A stretch of DNA of 64,000 nucleotides, taken from assembly GCA_910584245.1 (NCBI GenBank), contig CAJTZF010000006.1, forward strand, positions 86,666 to 150,665. The letters run 5' to 3'. The notes below the pieces were generated by a model. That model made no database searches. It was not told the origin of the DNA and worked only from the letters and a program-made list of their open reading frames with translations. Both the position numbers and the translations under genes were made by a program. Within the stretch, counting starts at the first letter, position 1. Every line of letters begins with the position of its first letter. This document shows, piece after piece, positions 28,889 to 38,612 of the stretch. Origin of the DNA: an uncultured Eubacterium sp. Lineage in GTDB: Bacteria > Bacillota > Clostridia > Lachnospirales > Lachnospiraceae.

Positions 28889-29488
28889 TTAATCCAGTGT
28901 TATATGTGTATTGCCCCGGATAAGTTTTTCCACATTCTCAACCGCCGTTTCTAAATCCTCATTTACAATACGCATTTCAATGCCCGCCATCTGAAGCCTC
29001 TCCTCCGAAAAATCTTCCTCGTCGGCGAGAAACCGCCTGCACAGCTCCGGCACACAGGGGCTCACCTGGCTCCGCTCCCTTCGGACTGCCCGTTCCAGCC
29101 GCTCTAAGTCGTCCACCTCAATATAGACTGGAACAATAGAACCAATTCCAAAAGCCGCCTGCAGCTTCTCGTAACCCTCGAGGGTAGAAATCAATATATA
29201 ATCGCCCTTGTCAAAATCCAGCTGGCCGTCATCTGCTGTAAAATAAAACCACGGTCCAAGTACCGTGTCATACTCCCTGCACTCTATTATTTTCCCGTTC
29301 TCCCTCATCTCGTACATTTCTTCCTTTGTAACGAAATAATACTCCTTGCCATAGGTCTCCCCTTCCCGCATCGGTCTCGTCGTATATGTGATGATCTCCC
29401 TCAGCTGTGGACACCTCTTTACAATTTCATGGTAAATAGAATCTTTTCCTGTAGCACTTTTTCCCATGATTACAAATAATTTTCCCAT
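28889..29488 (-). CDS. Guanylate kinase-like nucleoside monophosphate kinase
   Basis: GKSATGKDS P-loop; YTTRPMREGE..GKEYYFV. Confidence 0.85.
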   Translation of the reverse strand: MGKLFVIMGKSATGKDSIYHEIVKRCPQLREIITYTTRPMREGETYGKEYYFVTKEEMYEMRENGKIIECREYDTVLGPWFYFTADDGQLDFDKGDYILISTLEGYEKLQAAFGIGSIVPVYIEVDDLERLERAVRRERSQVSPCVPELCRRFLADEEDFSEERLQMAGIEMRIVNEDLETAVENVEKLIRGNTHITLD

Positions 29489-29517
29489 GCTCTCCTCACA
29501 TTCTGCCGCTCAAACGG

Positions 29518-30966
29518 CTATTCATGAACAAAACCTTCCTCTTCGCAGACAATGGATACCCGTCCATCCCTCACCCCATGTATGACATATCCCATCTGGA
29601 TACCATATTGCAACACCCGGATCAGTTCCAAGGAAAACCTCTCTCCCTGGACGAGCAGTGGAATCCCTGGCGGATAAAAAGAAATATCCTCTGCCGCCAG
29701 ATAACACGCCGCCTTTTCCAGGGGAATCCATTTACTCCGGCACTCTGCCGCCTCATCGCTGTACATCCCCCTCTCCGGCGCTCTCCACACAAGCCAGATG
29801 TCCGGTTCTCTCCGGCGCAATGCATCACCTTCTCCCCCCGTCGGCCCCGCTGCTCCGGCGTCGATTTCCCGCAGGGCTGCCGCCAGTCTCCGAAAGCTCT
29901 CTGTCTCATCGCACACACTCGTCATCGCAATGCAGTAATGCCCGCCGCTCATCTCCGTTTCGATCCGGTACTGCCTATAAAGCCGCTCCGCAAGTTCTCT
30001 CCCCGTCATCCCCGCCCGGTCGGCAGCTATGACGAGCTTGGACCGCTCTTTTTGTGGCGAGTGAAATAAGTACAGGCGCTGAAGCTGTCCCATTTCCTTC
30101 TCAAACCACCGGAGATTGTCAACATAGGCGTCAAACGCTTCCACCCCTTCCTGCTCAATATATGCAAAACACCGCTCAATGCCAGCCATCAGCACATAAG
30201 AGGGACTGCTCGATTGATAAGTTTGCAGGGCCCACTCCAGTTTTCCCTTGGAGACCCGGTCAAACCGGGCATGCAGTATACCGGTCTGGGTCAAAGAGGG
30301 AAGTGTTTTATGCAGGCTTTCTATGACGAGATCCGCCCCTTCCTGCAACGCGGTGTCCGGAAACGACGAATGCCATTGAAAATGCGCCCCGTGCGCCTCG
30401 TCTACGATAAGCGGCACATCATAGCGCGCTGTCACCGCTGCAATATCCCGGATGCGTGACACAATCCCCTCATAGGTAGGAGAGGTAAGTATGACGCAAG
30501 ACACCCCTTCATAAGCCTGCAGCGCCTGTTCCACCGCCTCTGCTTGTATGATACCGGCTATCCCGAGATGCTCCATTTCCCCGCCCTCCTCCGATGGATA
30601 TATATAGATGGGACGCAGTTTTAAGAGCCGGATCGCATGATATACGGATTTGTGACAATTTCTCGCTACCACAATCCGGTCCCCGTGACGGCAGCAGGAG
30701 GTAATCGCCGACAATATACCGCCCGTACTTCCATTAATGAGAAAATAGGACTGGTCCGATCCATATACCGATGTCACCCGGTCCATCAACCGGCGTATGA
30801 CCCCTTCCGGCTGGTGGAGATTATCAAGACCAGTCACCTCCGTAACATCAATACGGTACGGATTTTCCATCTCAAACACAGGATTCCTTTTATGTCCCGG
30901 CATATGCATCGGCAGAATATCCATATTACAATACCCCGTGAGTGTTTCATATAATCCTTTTTCCAT
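29518..30966 (-). CDS. Arg/Lys/Orn decarboxylase (YaaO-like, PLP-dependent)
   Basis: HMPGHK, RNCHKS, DEAHGAH, SLHKTL, SSSPSY, YPPGIP. Confidence 0.92.
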   Translation of the reverse strand: MEKGLYETLTGYCNMDILPMHMPGHKRNPVFEMENPYRIDVTEVTGLDNLHQPEGVIRRLMDRVTSVYGSDQSYFLINGSTGGILSAITSCCRHGDRIVVARNCHKSVYHAIRLLKLRPIYIYPSEEGGEMEHLGIAGIIQAEAVEQALQAYEGVSCVILTSPTYEGIVSRIRDIAAVTARYDVPLIVDEAHGAHFQWHSSFPDTALQEGADLVIESLHKTLPSLTQTGILHARFDRVSKGKLEWALQTYQSSSPSYVLMAGIERCFAYIEQEGVEAFDAYVDNLRWFEKEMGQLQRLYLFHSPQKERSKLVIAADRAGMTGRELAERLYRQYRIETEMSGGHYCIAMTSVCDETESFRRLAAALREIDAGAAGPTGGEGDALRRREPDIWLVWRAPERGMYSDEAAECRSKWIPLEKAACYLAAEDISFYPPGIPLLVQGERFSLELIRVLQYGIQMGYVIHGVRDGRVSIVCEEEGFVHE

Positions 30967-31104
30967 CACTAACCCGCCTTTCCGCCTGCCATCTAAATGC
31001 CATGTAATCGTATGGTACATGTTAAGTATACAAATTTTAAGCTTGTTTTTCAACCTTAAGTCATGTTAAAATGATACCATAAGCAAACAGAAAGGATACA
31101 ATTT

Positions 31105-31932
31105 ATGAACGCATTACTGATGGCAGACCGCTTTTCCCGCGAATCTGTGACAAGTATGATTATCGTCGCTCTCCTGTGTACGATGATCCCTTTTATTTTT
31201 CTAGCCTATTACAAATCCAGAACAAAAGCGCACATATCCTCCTTCTTTATCGGCATGGCGCTGTATGTCGCCTTTGCCTTTATCGCCGAGGGGTTGTTTC
31301 ATATGCTCGTATTTCAGGGACTTTCCCTGTCAACAATTTTAGACCGTTCTTCCCACCCCGTATATTATGCCATTTACGGCGCCGCCGTCGCGGGTATCTT
31401 TGAGGAGGCGGGAAAATACATAGGTCTTAAAACGTGTATGAAATCCCATCCCGGCAAACAAAATGCATTCCTCTTCGGCGTGGGGCATGGAAGTTTCGAG
31501 GCCATCGCTTATGGCAGTTCTCTTTTTATGGGAAATATTATCATTGCCTTTATGGTCAATTCCTTTGGCATAGACGGATATTTTGAAAAACTTGGCACAG
31601 CAGGTTCTGATATTGCCGCACAAAAACAGGCAATTTATGACCTTATGGCCATTTCCCCCATTGAAAATGTGGCGGCTGGGACAGAGCGCATGCTCGCACT
31701 TATCTTCCAGGCATCCCTCACTATATTTATTTTCCTGGCGATCCACCACAGCAAGTTAAAAAGCCTTTTCCCGATCGCCATCCTTCTTCACATCATCGGC
31801 TACCTGCCGACATATCTGGCACAGGTGGGCATTTTAAAAAATATGATGCTTAGCCTCGGTCTGACCGGCGTTGTCATCGTGTTTACCGCCTCTTATGCGT
31901 ACCGCATGTATCATCAGGTTTCCGACTCATAA
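31105..31932 (+). CDS. YhfC family intramembrane glutamic protease
   Basis: AGIFEEAGK, FGVGHGSFE, ER, LLH motifs; multi-TM. Confidence 0.85.
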   Translation: MNALLMADRFSRESVTSMIIVALLCTMIPFIFLAYYKSRTKAHISSFFIGMALYVAFAFIAEGLFHMLVFQGLSLSTILDRSSHPVYYAIYGAAVAGIFEEAGKYIGLKTCMKSHPGKQNAFLFGVGHGSFEAIAYGSSLFMGNIIIAFMVNSFGIDGYFEKLGTAGSDIAAQKQAIYDLMAISPIENVAAGTERMLALIFQASLTIFIFLAIHHSKLKSLFPIAILLHIIGYLPTYLAQVGILKNMMLSLGLTGVVIVFTASYAYRMYHQVSDS

Positions 31933-31955
31933 AGAAGGGGTCCTATTAAAACATT

Positions 31956-34355
31956 ATGGAAAAAGAAACAGTAAAAATTTCCGTGCGCAATCTCGTAGAA
32001 TTTGTATTTCGCGAAGGCGATATCAATTCCACTGGTTTTGGAACAAAGAACCCAGAGGCGATGGCGCTTGGAAGCAAAATACACAGAAAAATACAAAAAC
32101 GTATGGGCAGCGGATACCAGGCAGAGGTGCCCTTATTTACGTGCGTCTCTTTACAGAGCCATAATTTCAAGGACACGTTCGAGCTAAAAATCGAGGGGCG
32201 CGCAGACGGTATTTTTCAGGACGGTTCTGAACTTATAGTAGACGAAATTAAGGGCGTTTTCATGGATATTCACCAATTAAAGGAACCCGTTTTCGTCCAC
32301 AAAGCCCAGGCAATGTGCTACGCTTACATGCTCTGTGAAAAAGAAAATCCGGCATTTATTTCCGTCCAGGTCACTTACTGCCATCTCGAGACGGAAGAGG
32401 AGCGCCGTTTCAAGGAAACCTTTTCAAACTTGGAAATCCACAATTGGTTTCATGAGCTCATCACCCGATACGAACCGTGGGCGATTTACGAATACGACTG
32501 GAAACGCCGCCGGAATGCCTCGATACAACATCTCTGTTTTCCCTTTCCCTACCGGGAAGGACAGCGGGATCTTGCCGCCTATGTATATAAAACCGTCGAG
32601 CGGAAAAAGAAAATATTCATACAGGCCCCAACGGGCGTCGGAAAAACGGTTTCCACTGTTTTTCCAAGCGTAAAGGCAATTGGGGAGGGACTTGCCGACC
32701 GTATTTTTTATCTGACTGCAAAAACAATCACCCGCACGGTAGCGCAGGAATGCTTTCAACTTCTCTCAAAACAAAATCTTGATTTCAAGTACCTCACGAT
32801 CACGGCAAAAGAAAAGTTGTGCTTTCTTGAGGAAAAGCCGGAGTGCACTCCCACAGCCTGTCCCTATGCCAAGGGGCACTATGACCGGGTGAACGACAGC
32901 GTTTATGATATGCTGACGCATGAATCCGATATGAGCAGGGATACCATTTTGGCTTATGCCCAAAAGCACCAGGTATGCCCATTTGAAATGTGCCTGGATG
33001 CCGCCCTGTTTGCCGACAGTATTATATGCGACTACAATTACGCATTTGACCCAAACGTATACCTTCGCCGCTTTTTCTCCGAAGGGAAAAAGGATTCCAG
33101 CATCTTTCTTATTGACGAGGCCCACAACCTCGTAGAACGCGCCCGGGAAATGTTTAGCGCCACGCTTATTAAAGAAGATTTTTTAAAAGTAAAAAGAATC
33201 CTTCAGGCAGAGTCCAAACAGCCGCTTTATCCCCAGAAAGTACAATATATATTCCGTATTTTTATCGCCTCACTCGAAAAATGCAATAAATCCATGCTTG
33301 CATGGAAGCGCGAATGTGACGAATTTGAAATTCTCACGGATATCTCCTCTTTTAGTTTCGAGCTTATGCGCGTTATAAACAGTTATGAATTATTTACAAA
33401 AGAGGTTAAGGATTTACCAGACCGAAAGACCATTTTAGATTTGTTTTTCAATGTACGTCATTTTCTGAACATGTACGACGTACTGGACAATACTTACCGA
33501 ATCGTCACCGACTATGACCCGGATAAAAATTTCCGCATCAAACTACAGTGCATGGATCCCTCCGGCCGGCTGGAGGAGGCGCTGCAATATGCGCGTGGCA
33601 CCGCCTTTTTTTCGGCCACTCTGCTGCCAATCCGCTACTACCGGGAGCAGCTCTCCACCTGTGCCGACGATTACGCCGTATATGCAAAGTCATCGTTTCA
33701 GACAAGCCAGCGCAAAATCATAATCGCCAACGACGTCACGAGTAAATACACGAGACGGGGTGAGCGCGAATACCGGAAAATCGCCTCCTACATTGAGGCC
33801 TTTATCGCAGCAAAGCAGGGAAATTATATGGTGTTCTTTCCCTCCTACGCCTTTCTCGAAAACGTCTTCCACCATTTTAACGCGCCAGAGCAAACCGACA
33901 TACTCCTGCAAAATTCATCAATGACCGAGCGCGAAAAAGAAGAATTTCTGGCGGCCTTTGATTCTGCAAACCAGCATACCCTCGTTGGTTTTTGTGTCAT
34001 GGGCGGCATCTTTGGAGAGGGCATTGACTTGAAAGAGGACCGTCTCATCGGCACGGCCATCGTCGGAACCGGACTCCCCCAGGTGTGCCATGAGCGGGAA
34101 TTATTCAAACAGTATTATGACAGCCAAAACGGAAATGGCTTTCATTATGCCTATCTCTATCCCGGCATCAACAAAGTGTTTCAAGCAGGAGGCCGGGTCA
34201 TTCGGACAATTCATGACCGCGGCGTTATCCTGCTCTTAGATGAGCGTTTCGCCGGGCGGAGCTATTTGGAACTATTTCCAAGAGAGTGGTTTCCATATGA
34301 AATAACAGATAAAGATGGAATGGTAGAAATACTGGATTCATTCTGGGCTAATTAG
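31956..34355 (+). CDS. DinG/XPD-family Fe-S DNA helicase with N-terminal PD-(D/E)xK nuclease domain
   Basis: GRADG..DEIK..QAMCY; REGQ; APTGVGKT; four Cys cluster; DEAH; SAT; FPSY; EGID; QAGGRVIR. Confidence 0.9.
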   Translation: MEKETVKISVRNLVEFVFREGDINSTGFGTKNPEAMALGSKIHRKIQKRMGSGYQAEVPLFTCVSLQSHNFKDTFELKIEGRADGIFQDGSELIVDEIKGVFMDIHQLKEPVFVHKAQAMCYAYMLCEKENPAFISVQVTYCHLETEEERRFKETFSNLEIHNWFHELITRYEPWAIYEYDWKRRRNASIQHLCFPFPYREGQRDLAAYVYKTVERKKKIFIQAPTGVGKTVSTVFPSVKAIGEGLADRIFYLTAKTITRTVAQECFQLLSKQNLDFKYLTITAKEKLCFLEEKPECTPTACPYAKGHYDRVNDSVYDMLTHESDMSRDTILAYAQKHQVCPFEMCLDAALFADSIICDYNYAFDPNVYLRRFFSEGKKDSSIFLIDEAHNLVERAREMFSATLIKEDFLKVKRILQAESKQPLYPQKVQYIFRIFIASLEKCNKSMLAWKRECDEFEILTDISSFSFELMRVINSYELFTKEVKDLPDRKTILDLFFNVRHFLNMYDVLDNTYRIVTDYDPDKNFRIKLQCMDPSGRLEEALQYARGTAFFSATLLPIRYYREQLSTCADDYAVYAKSSFQTSQRKIIIANDVTSKYTRRGEREYRKIASYIEAFIAAKQGNYMVFFPSYAFLENVFHHFNAPEQTDILLQNSSMTEREKEEFLAAFDSANQHTLVGFCVMGGIFGEGIDLKEDRLIGTAIVGTGLPQVCHERELFKQYYDSQNGNGFHYAYLYPGINKVFQAGGRVIRTIHDRGVILLLDERFAGRSYLELFPREWFPYEITDKDGMVEILDSFWAN

Positions 34356-34794
34356 CATTTAATAACTTTACATTGTTTGTGATAATATCACAGTGGCTTA
34401 TATTTGAAAATACAGAATCCTTACGCTTTGATATCGGAAATAACTGCCTTTCTAAAATACATTTTATTTCCTTTAACATATCCCGATATTCTTCTGTAAA
34501 TTTAAATGTATTTTTAAAATATTGTTTTCTATGGGGCCAGCCATTTAACGTCGCCAATCTATGAAACTCTGTTTGTATATATGTATTGACAAATTCCGAA
34601 ACCAACATTTCTTAAATATATATATGTGCACCTGAATTAATAATCTTCGTAATCAATTCAGAATATGCAGAAATTAAATCAGAAGCATAACTGCCATTTA
34701 AATAAAAAACATACAGAAGCACATTGCAGTCTAAAAAATATTTACCCCCGCATTTAGGCTTATGTGTTCGGATATTAATTACTTTCCAAAACAC
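34348..34794 (-). pseudogene. PIN-domain ribonuclease pseudogene
   Basis: YFLDCNVLL..(in-frame TAA 34614-34612)..EMLVSEFVN; the two track ORFs share one frame; AT-rich. Confidence 0.7.
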
Positions 34795-34821
34795 ACCTCA
34801 CCTTTAGTTATATACCCAAAA

Positions 34822-35667
34822 TCACTTCAAGCGGATTCCCTCCGGTAATATGTCAATTTTCCCCTCCTTCATCAGCCTTCCAATCGCCCGTTTAAACGCA
34901 TTCTTGCTTATGCTGAATTCGCGTTTTATAATTTCCGGCGACGTCTTGTCGTGAAACGGCAGGAAACCATCCGCGGCTGTGAGCCTCTCCAGTACCTTCT
35001 CCGCATCGACACCCATTTGCACCGGGAGCTTTTCCTGAAGGCTCAGCGTCAGCTTCCCATCCTCACGGATTTCCTTAATCCGGGCATGCACCTTGTCACC
35101 GACCCGGATTTCCCGGTTCATCTCATTGTGGGGAATAAGCGCAGAATACTTGTCTTCCACTGCTACAAATGCGCCAAAGGCGTCCAATATTTCATACACC
35201 GTTCCATCCACATGGCCGCCCTCTGTAAAATCACCCTCCGCGGACAAATAATCATAAATATGCATCGTCGCGCAAAGCCGGTTCGATTTATCAATATACA
35301 GCGCCACCAGCACCTCCTCACCCTTCTTAACCCGGTGCGTCTGTTCCTTAAAGGGCAAAAATAAATCCTTGGCCAGTCCCCAGTCCAGAAACGCCCCGAT
35401 CTGCGTCACATCCGTGACAGTCAGACGAGCGATCTTTCCAAGAGAAATAAAAGGAACTGATGTCGTTGCAATCAGACGATCCTGCGAATCCTTGTACAGA
35501 AACACAGAAAGTATATCCCCTCTCTCAATCGCATCCGGCACCTGATTATTTGGTAAAAGTACATTCAGTTCCGGGTATTCATAGGAACTGAGATAGATGC
35601 CATTCTTCGTCTGTTTTGTCACATATAATCTTAACGTCCGTCCCAATACTTTTTTTTCGTATTCCAT
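34822..35667 (-). CDS. cvfB: CvfB-like S1-domain RNA-binding protein
   Basis: FLYKDSQDR, GAFLDWGLAKDL, SKNAFKRAIGRL. Confidence 0.9.
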   Translation of the reverse strand: MEYEKKVLGRTLRLYVTKQTKNGIYLSSYEYPELNVLLPNNQVPDAIERGDILSVFLYKDSQDRLIATTSVPFISLGKIARLTVTDVTQIGAFLDWGLAKDLFLPFKEQTHRVKKGEEVLVALYIDKSNRLCATMHIYDYLSAEGDFTEGGHVDGTVYEILDAFGAFVAVEDKYSALIPHNEMNREIRVGDKVHARIKEIREDGKLTLSLQEKLPVQMGVDAEKVLERLTAADGFLPFHDKTSPEIIKREFSISKNAFKRAIGRLMKEGKIDILPEGIRLK

Positions 35668-35675
35668 GTTTTTCC

Positions 35676-36410
35676 TCATTTCTTATTTTCCAATATTGTA
35701 TCGCCTGGTTCCCGGAACCGCACGATTGCATATGGTGACTTTTGTGCGTCTGTCAGTACGACATAAAAGCCTTCCTCTCCATATGCTGTATTTACCTTTA
35801 GTTCGTCACCAAGCTTAGCCGCAAGCCGGTATTCCACCTGCAGATCCTCCACTTGAAACCCAGATGGGAGAAAATTCGCAGCAATGCGAACATATTCGCC
35901 ATTATTCATATGCTCGTTCGTGTCGAGATGATTTTCACAAACCCTCACCGTGCCACGAAACTCCATGCTCTTGGGATACGCTACCTTCCGTGACAAATAC
36001 TCCATCGGATACGGCTCACCCATTCCAAATGGTTCTACCTCTTCCGGCGTCGCTATAATCGGCTTTCCCGTCTTCTGGTCGAAATAAAACCACTGGGAAT
36101 CCGCATACGCAAGTACCTCCCCCTGCATGCTCTCCATCACAAAATTCCTCATTCCAAAAATACCCCGGAATTTATACGGCCACGTGCGTACTACAAATTC
36201 CTCTCCCATAGACGGCCGCCTCTTAAATACAATGTGCCATGAGTTGACGAGCCATGCATGGGCGTCCTCCTTTAAATCCATACAGGACCGTCCCACCTCC
36301 TCACTGTGAAAAAGGCTGCAATCCTGCATTGCATTTACGATCGCATGCACCTTCAGTTTTCCTTCCGTATCAATTCTGCTGTAAGAAACTCTATCTTTAC
36401 ACTGATACAA
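35676..36410 (-). CDS. Acyl-ACP thioesterase
   Basis: RVSYSRID, MQDCS, DTNEHMNN..Y; probable TTG start at 36410 after AAGGAG. Confidence 0.88.
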   Translation of the reverse strand: MYQCKDRVSYSRIDTEGKLKVHAIVNAMQDCSLFHSEEVGRSCMDLKEDAHAWLVNSWHIVFKRRPSMGEEFVVRTWPYKFRGIFGMRNFVMESMQGEVLAYADSQWFYFDQKTGKPIIATPEEVEPFGMGEPYPMEYLSRKVAYPKSMEFRGTVRVCENHLDTNEHMNNGEYVRIAANFLPSGFQVEDLQVEYRLAAKLGDELKVNTAYGEEGFYVVLTDAQKSPYAIVRFREPGDTILENKK

Positions 36411-36411
36411 A

Positions 36412-36858
36412 TCATCCATCTCCTTTTCTATTTCCGCAAATCCATTTTGACATGCCCGAACCATGATTCCCAAACGGCCTTTTATGGAACCCAAGCTTTC
36501 CGTAAAATTCCTCCTTGTTCATCGCAGACATTAGATTAACCATAATCGTCTCTCCCTCATGGACCTGGGTTTCGAGCCACCGCAGCACATCCTCTATCAT
36601 TTTCCTGCCGAGCCCCTGGGACTGGTAATCCGGATGCACAATTACGTCACAGATAAAATATACATAGCCGCCATCCCCTACTACTCTCGCCATCCCGACC
36701 GGAACCGTCCCATCGCACGCAATAACTTTGTACAGGGAATTCCGCAGTGCACATGCTGCACGCTCTGGCGCAATATAAATAAATTCCACACTTCTTCGAA
36801 GGTCATTGTACTCCTCAACCGAAATTTCATGTATAAATATAATGTTTTTAAGCTTCAT
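36412..36858 (-). CDS. GNAT family N-acetyltransferase
   Basis: VGMARVVGDG, VHPDYQSQGLG, FYGKLGF. Confidence 0.9.
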   Translation of the reverse strand: MKLKNIIFIHEISVEEYNDLRRSVEFIYIAPERAACALRNSLYKVIACDGTVPVGMARVVGDGGYVYFICDVIVHPDYQSQGLGRKMIEDVLRWLETQVHEGETIMVNLMSAMNKEEFYGKLGFHKRPFGNHGSGMSKWICGNRKGDG

Positions 36859-36862
36859 TTTT

Positions 36863-37039
36863 TTATATGAACTGGTTTGTCACCTCATCATAATGATAAT
36901 CCAAACTGGCAAGGTTTTCACATAGTATGTTCTGGTCAATATCGTTTGACCTGCAAAATTCCTCTAGTGTTGCGTATTGGTCACGCAGCTGCGTATTGGC
37001 ATAACTAAGCAATATAATGGGGTCACCCGGAATGCTCAT
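36863..37039 (-). CDS. DUF4250 family protein
   Basis: IPGDPIILLSYANTQLRD..NQF; GAGGA RBS. Confidence 0.85.
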   Translation of the reverse strand: MSIPGDPIILLSYANTQLRDQYATLEEFCRSNDIDQNILCENLASLDYHYDEVTNQFI

Positions 37040-37059
37040 AATATCCTCGCTTTCTGGCA

Positions 37060-38598
37060 TTAAATTACCTTTTCGAATTTCCATGTATCTTTTTTATGAT
37101 ACAACAATATCATTTTATATGGTATAGTGTTTTTTGTCAACCTCCCCCCTCCCCCGATAGCATAGTTTCTCGCCTTTCCTCCCTCTCCTTCCGGCTTTTC
37201 CCCCCGCGGCATCTCTCCGTCAGGTTTTTCCCTGGGCGGCTCCCCGCCATCCGGACGCCTGCCGCCAAAGGCATGGCCCTCCGCGCCGGCCGAAACGGAC
37301 ATAGAAGAAAGCTCTATCTCAACCTTCTCTTCCCCTAATAAGAGCGTGTATTTCTCCCCCTGTTTTAAATCCGGGCTGCTGAAAACGACCGATGAAAATT
37401 CCCTTTTCGCCGTATGCGAAAACAGGACGTCCCCCACCTCATTTTGTACTGTTATAACAGTGCCTGCCGCCACCGCTTCGCTGTGGTTATACCGGAAAGA
37501 ACACTGTTTTGACTCCTCCTGGAACGTCTCGGCCATATCGGAACTGCCCACAGCAATCACACTTCCTCCGCTGACCAAAAGACTTCCGCCATTTTCCGTG
37601 CCGCTGTCCAGAGCCCCATTGCCACCGTCGGACGGACCATCAATACGGATCGTCCCGCCCTCAATACTTAAATCTCCATTTGAGTCCAGACCATCCCCGC
37701 TGGCGTCTACCGAAATCACACCGCCGGAAATGACAAGCTTCGGTTTTGTTTCCGTCGTCTTTTGGGAACCGCCAAAACCACCGCGTCCCTCATTCTGGCC
37801 GCCATAGGCGTTTATGCCGTCATCGGAAGAGACAATCTGAATTTCGCCTCCCTCCACATAAACCTCATTTCCCTCGAGGCCCTCATAACTTTTCGTAATG
37901 TCAATATTACCCGCCTTAACTGTCAACTGACGGTCTGCATGCATGCCGTCATCCCCGGAAGCAAGCGAAAACGTCCCGTCCGCTATTAACAGATCCTCAT
38001 TGGAATGCAGCGCATCCCCAGTGCTTTCCACCTGGTAGTTTCCGGACATAATCTGCAAATCCTTTTTGGACTTGATTCCACCGTTGATATATCCATATAC
38101 GGTGAGACTGCCCCCGCCTTCCAGAATAAGGTTTTCTTTCGAAAAGACAGCGGCACCAGAAGCCTCATCCCCGTTTCCGCTGGCGCTCCCGTCTGGCTTC
38201 TGCCCGCTTCTCACCTCATTTTCCGTTCCTTCGGCCAAACATATGCGGACGCTCCCCGCTTCTTTGATGTGAATGGCATCCTCTTTTTCATTTGCCACCG
38301 CCACTCCATCCAAGTGCAACCTCACTTCATCTTTGTCGCCAGCTTCCACCCGGATCTGTCCGTCCTCCAGCGTGCCCGAAATACGGTAATCGCCAGCTTC
38401 CTTTATCGTCACAGTCGTCCCTGACACCGAAACACCACTGCCGGAAACCGCGGCCGAATCCGAATTGAGCAAAATATCCGCCTCCCCGCCAGTCCTCTCC
38501 GTACCCGGAAGAAAAAATGCAGCAGCACACACAACCCCCGCCAAGCCAGCCGCCAAAAGCGCAGCCAGCCATCCTTTTGTTTTCTTTTCCAAAGTCAT
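37060..38598 (-). CDS. Carbohydrate-binding domain protein (Cthe_2159/DUF4353 beta-helix)
   Basis: N-terminal anchor; GDYRISGTL.DGQI; repeated I.GG.I.I.S.DDG; DGLDSNG. Confidence 0.88.
   Translation of the reverse strand: MTLEKKTKGWLAALLAAGLAGVVCAAAFFLPGTERTGGEADILLNSDSAAVSGSGVSVSGTTVTIKEAGDYRISGTLEDGQIRVEAGDKDEVRLHLDGVAVANEKEDAIHIKEAGSVRICLAEGTENEVRSGQKPDGSASGNGDEASGAAVFSKENLILEGGGSLTVYGYINGGIKSKKDLQIMSGNYQVESTGDALHSNEDLLIADGTFSLASGDDGMHADRQLTVKAGNIDITKSYEGLEGNEVYVEGGEIQIVSSDDGINAYGGQNEGRGGFGGSQKTTETKPKLVISGGVISVDASGDGLDSNGDLSIEGGTIRIDGPSDGGNGALDSGTENGGSLLVSGGSVIAVGSSDMAETFQEESKQCSFRYNHSEAVAAGTVITVQNEVGDVLFSHTAKREFSSVVFSSPDLKQGEKYTLLLGEEKVEIELSSMSVSAGAEGHAFGGRRPDGGEPPREKPDGEMPRGEKPEGEGGKARNYAIGGGGRLTKNTIPYKMILLYHKKDTWKFEKVI
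37112..37140 (-). promoter_or_regulatory. sigmaA promoter for DUF4250-GNAT-thioesterase-cvfB
   Basis: TTGACA-17bp-TAAAAT inside the 3' end of the upstream ORF. Confidence 0.7.
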
Positions 38599-38612
38599 TC
38601 CCCCTCACAATG

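Noticed and set aside
31956..32500. Cas4-like domain suggesting type IV CRISPR (CasDinG)
   Set aside because: No cas genes or array in the window; housekeeping context
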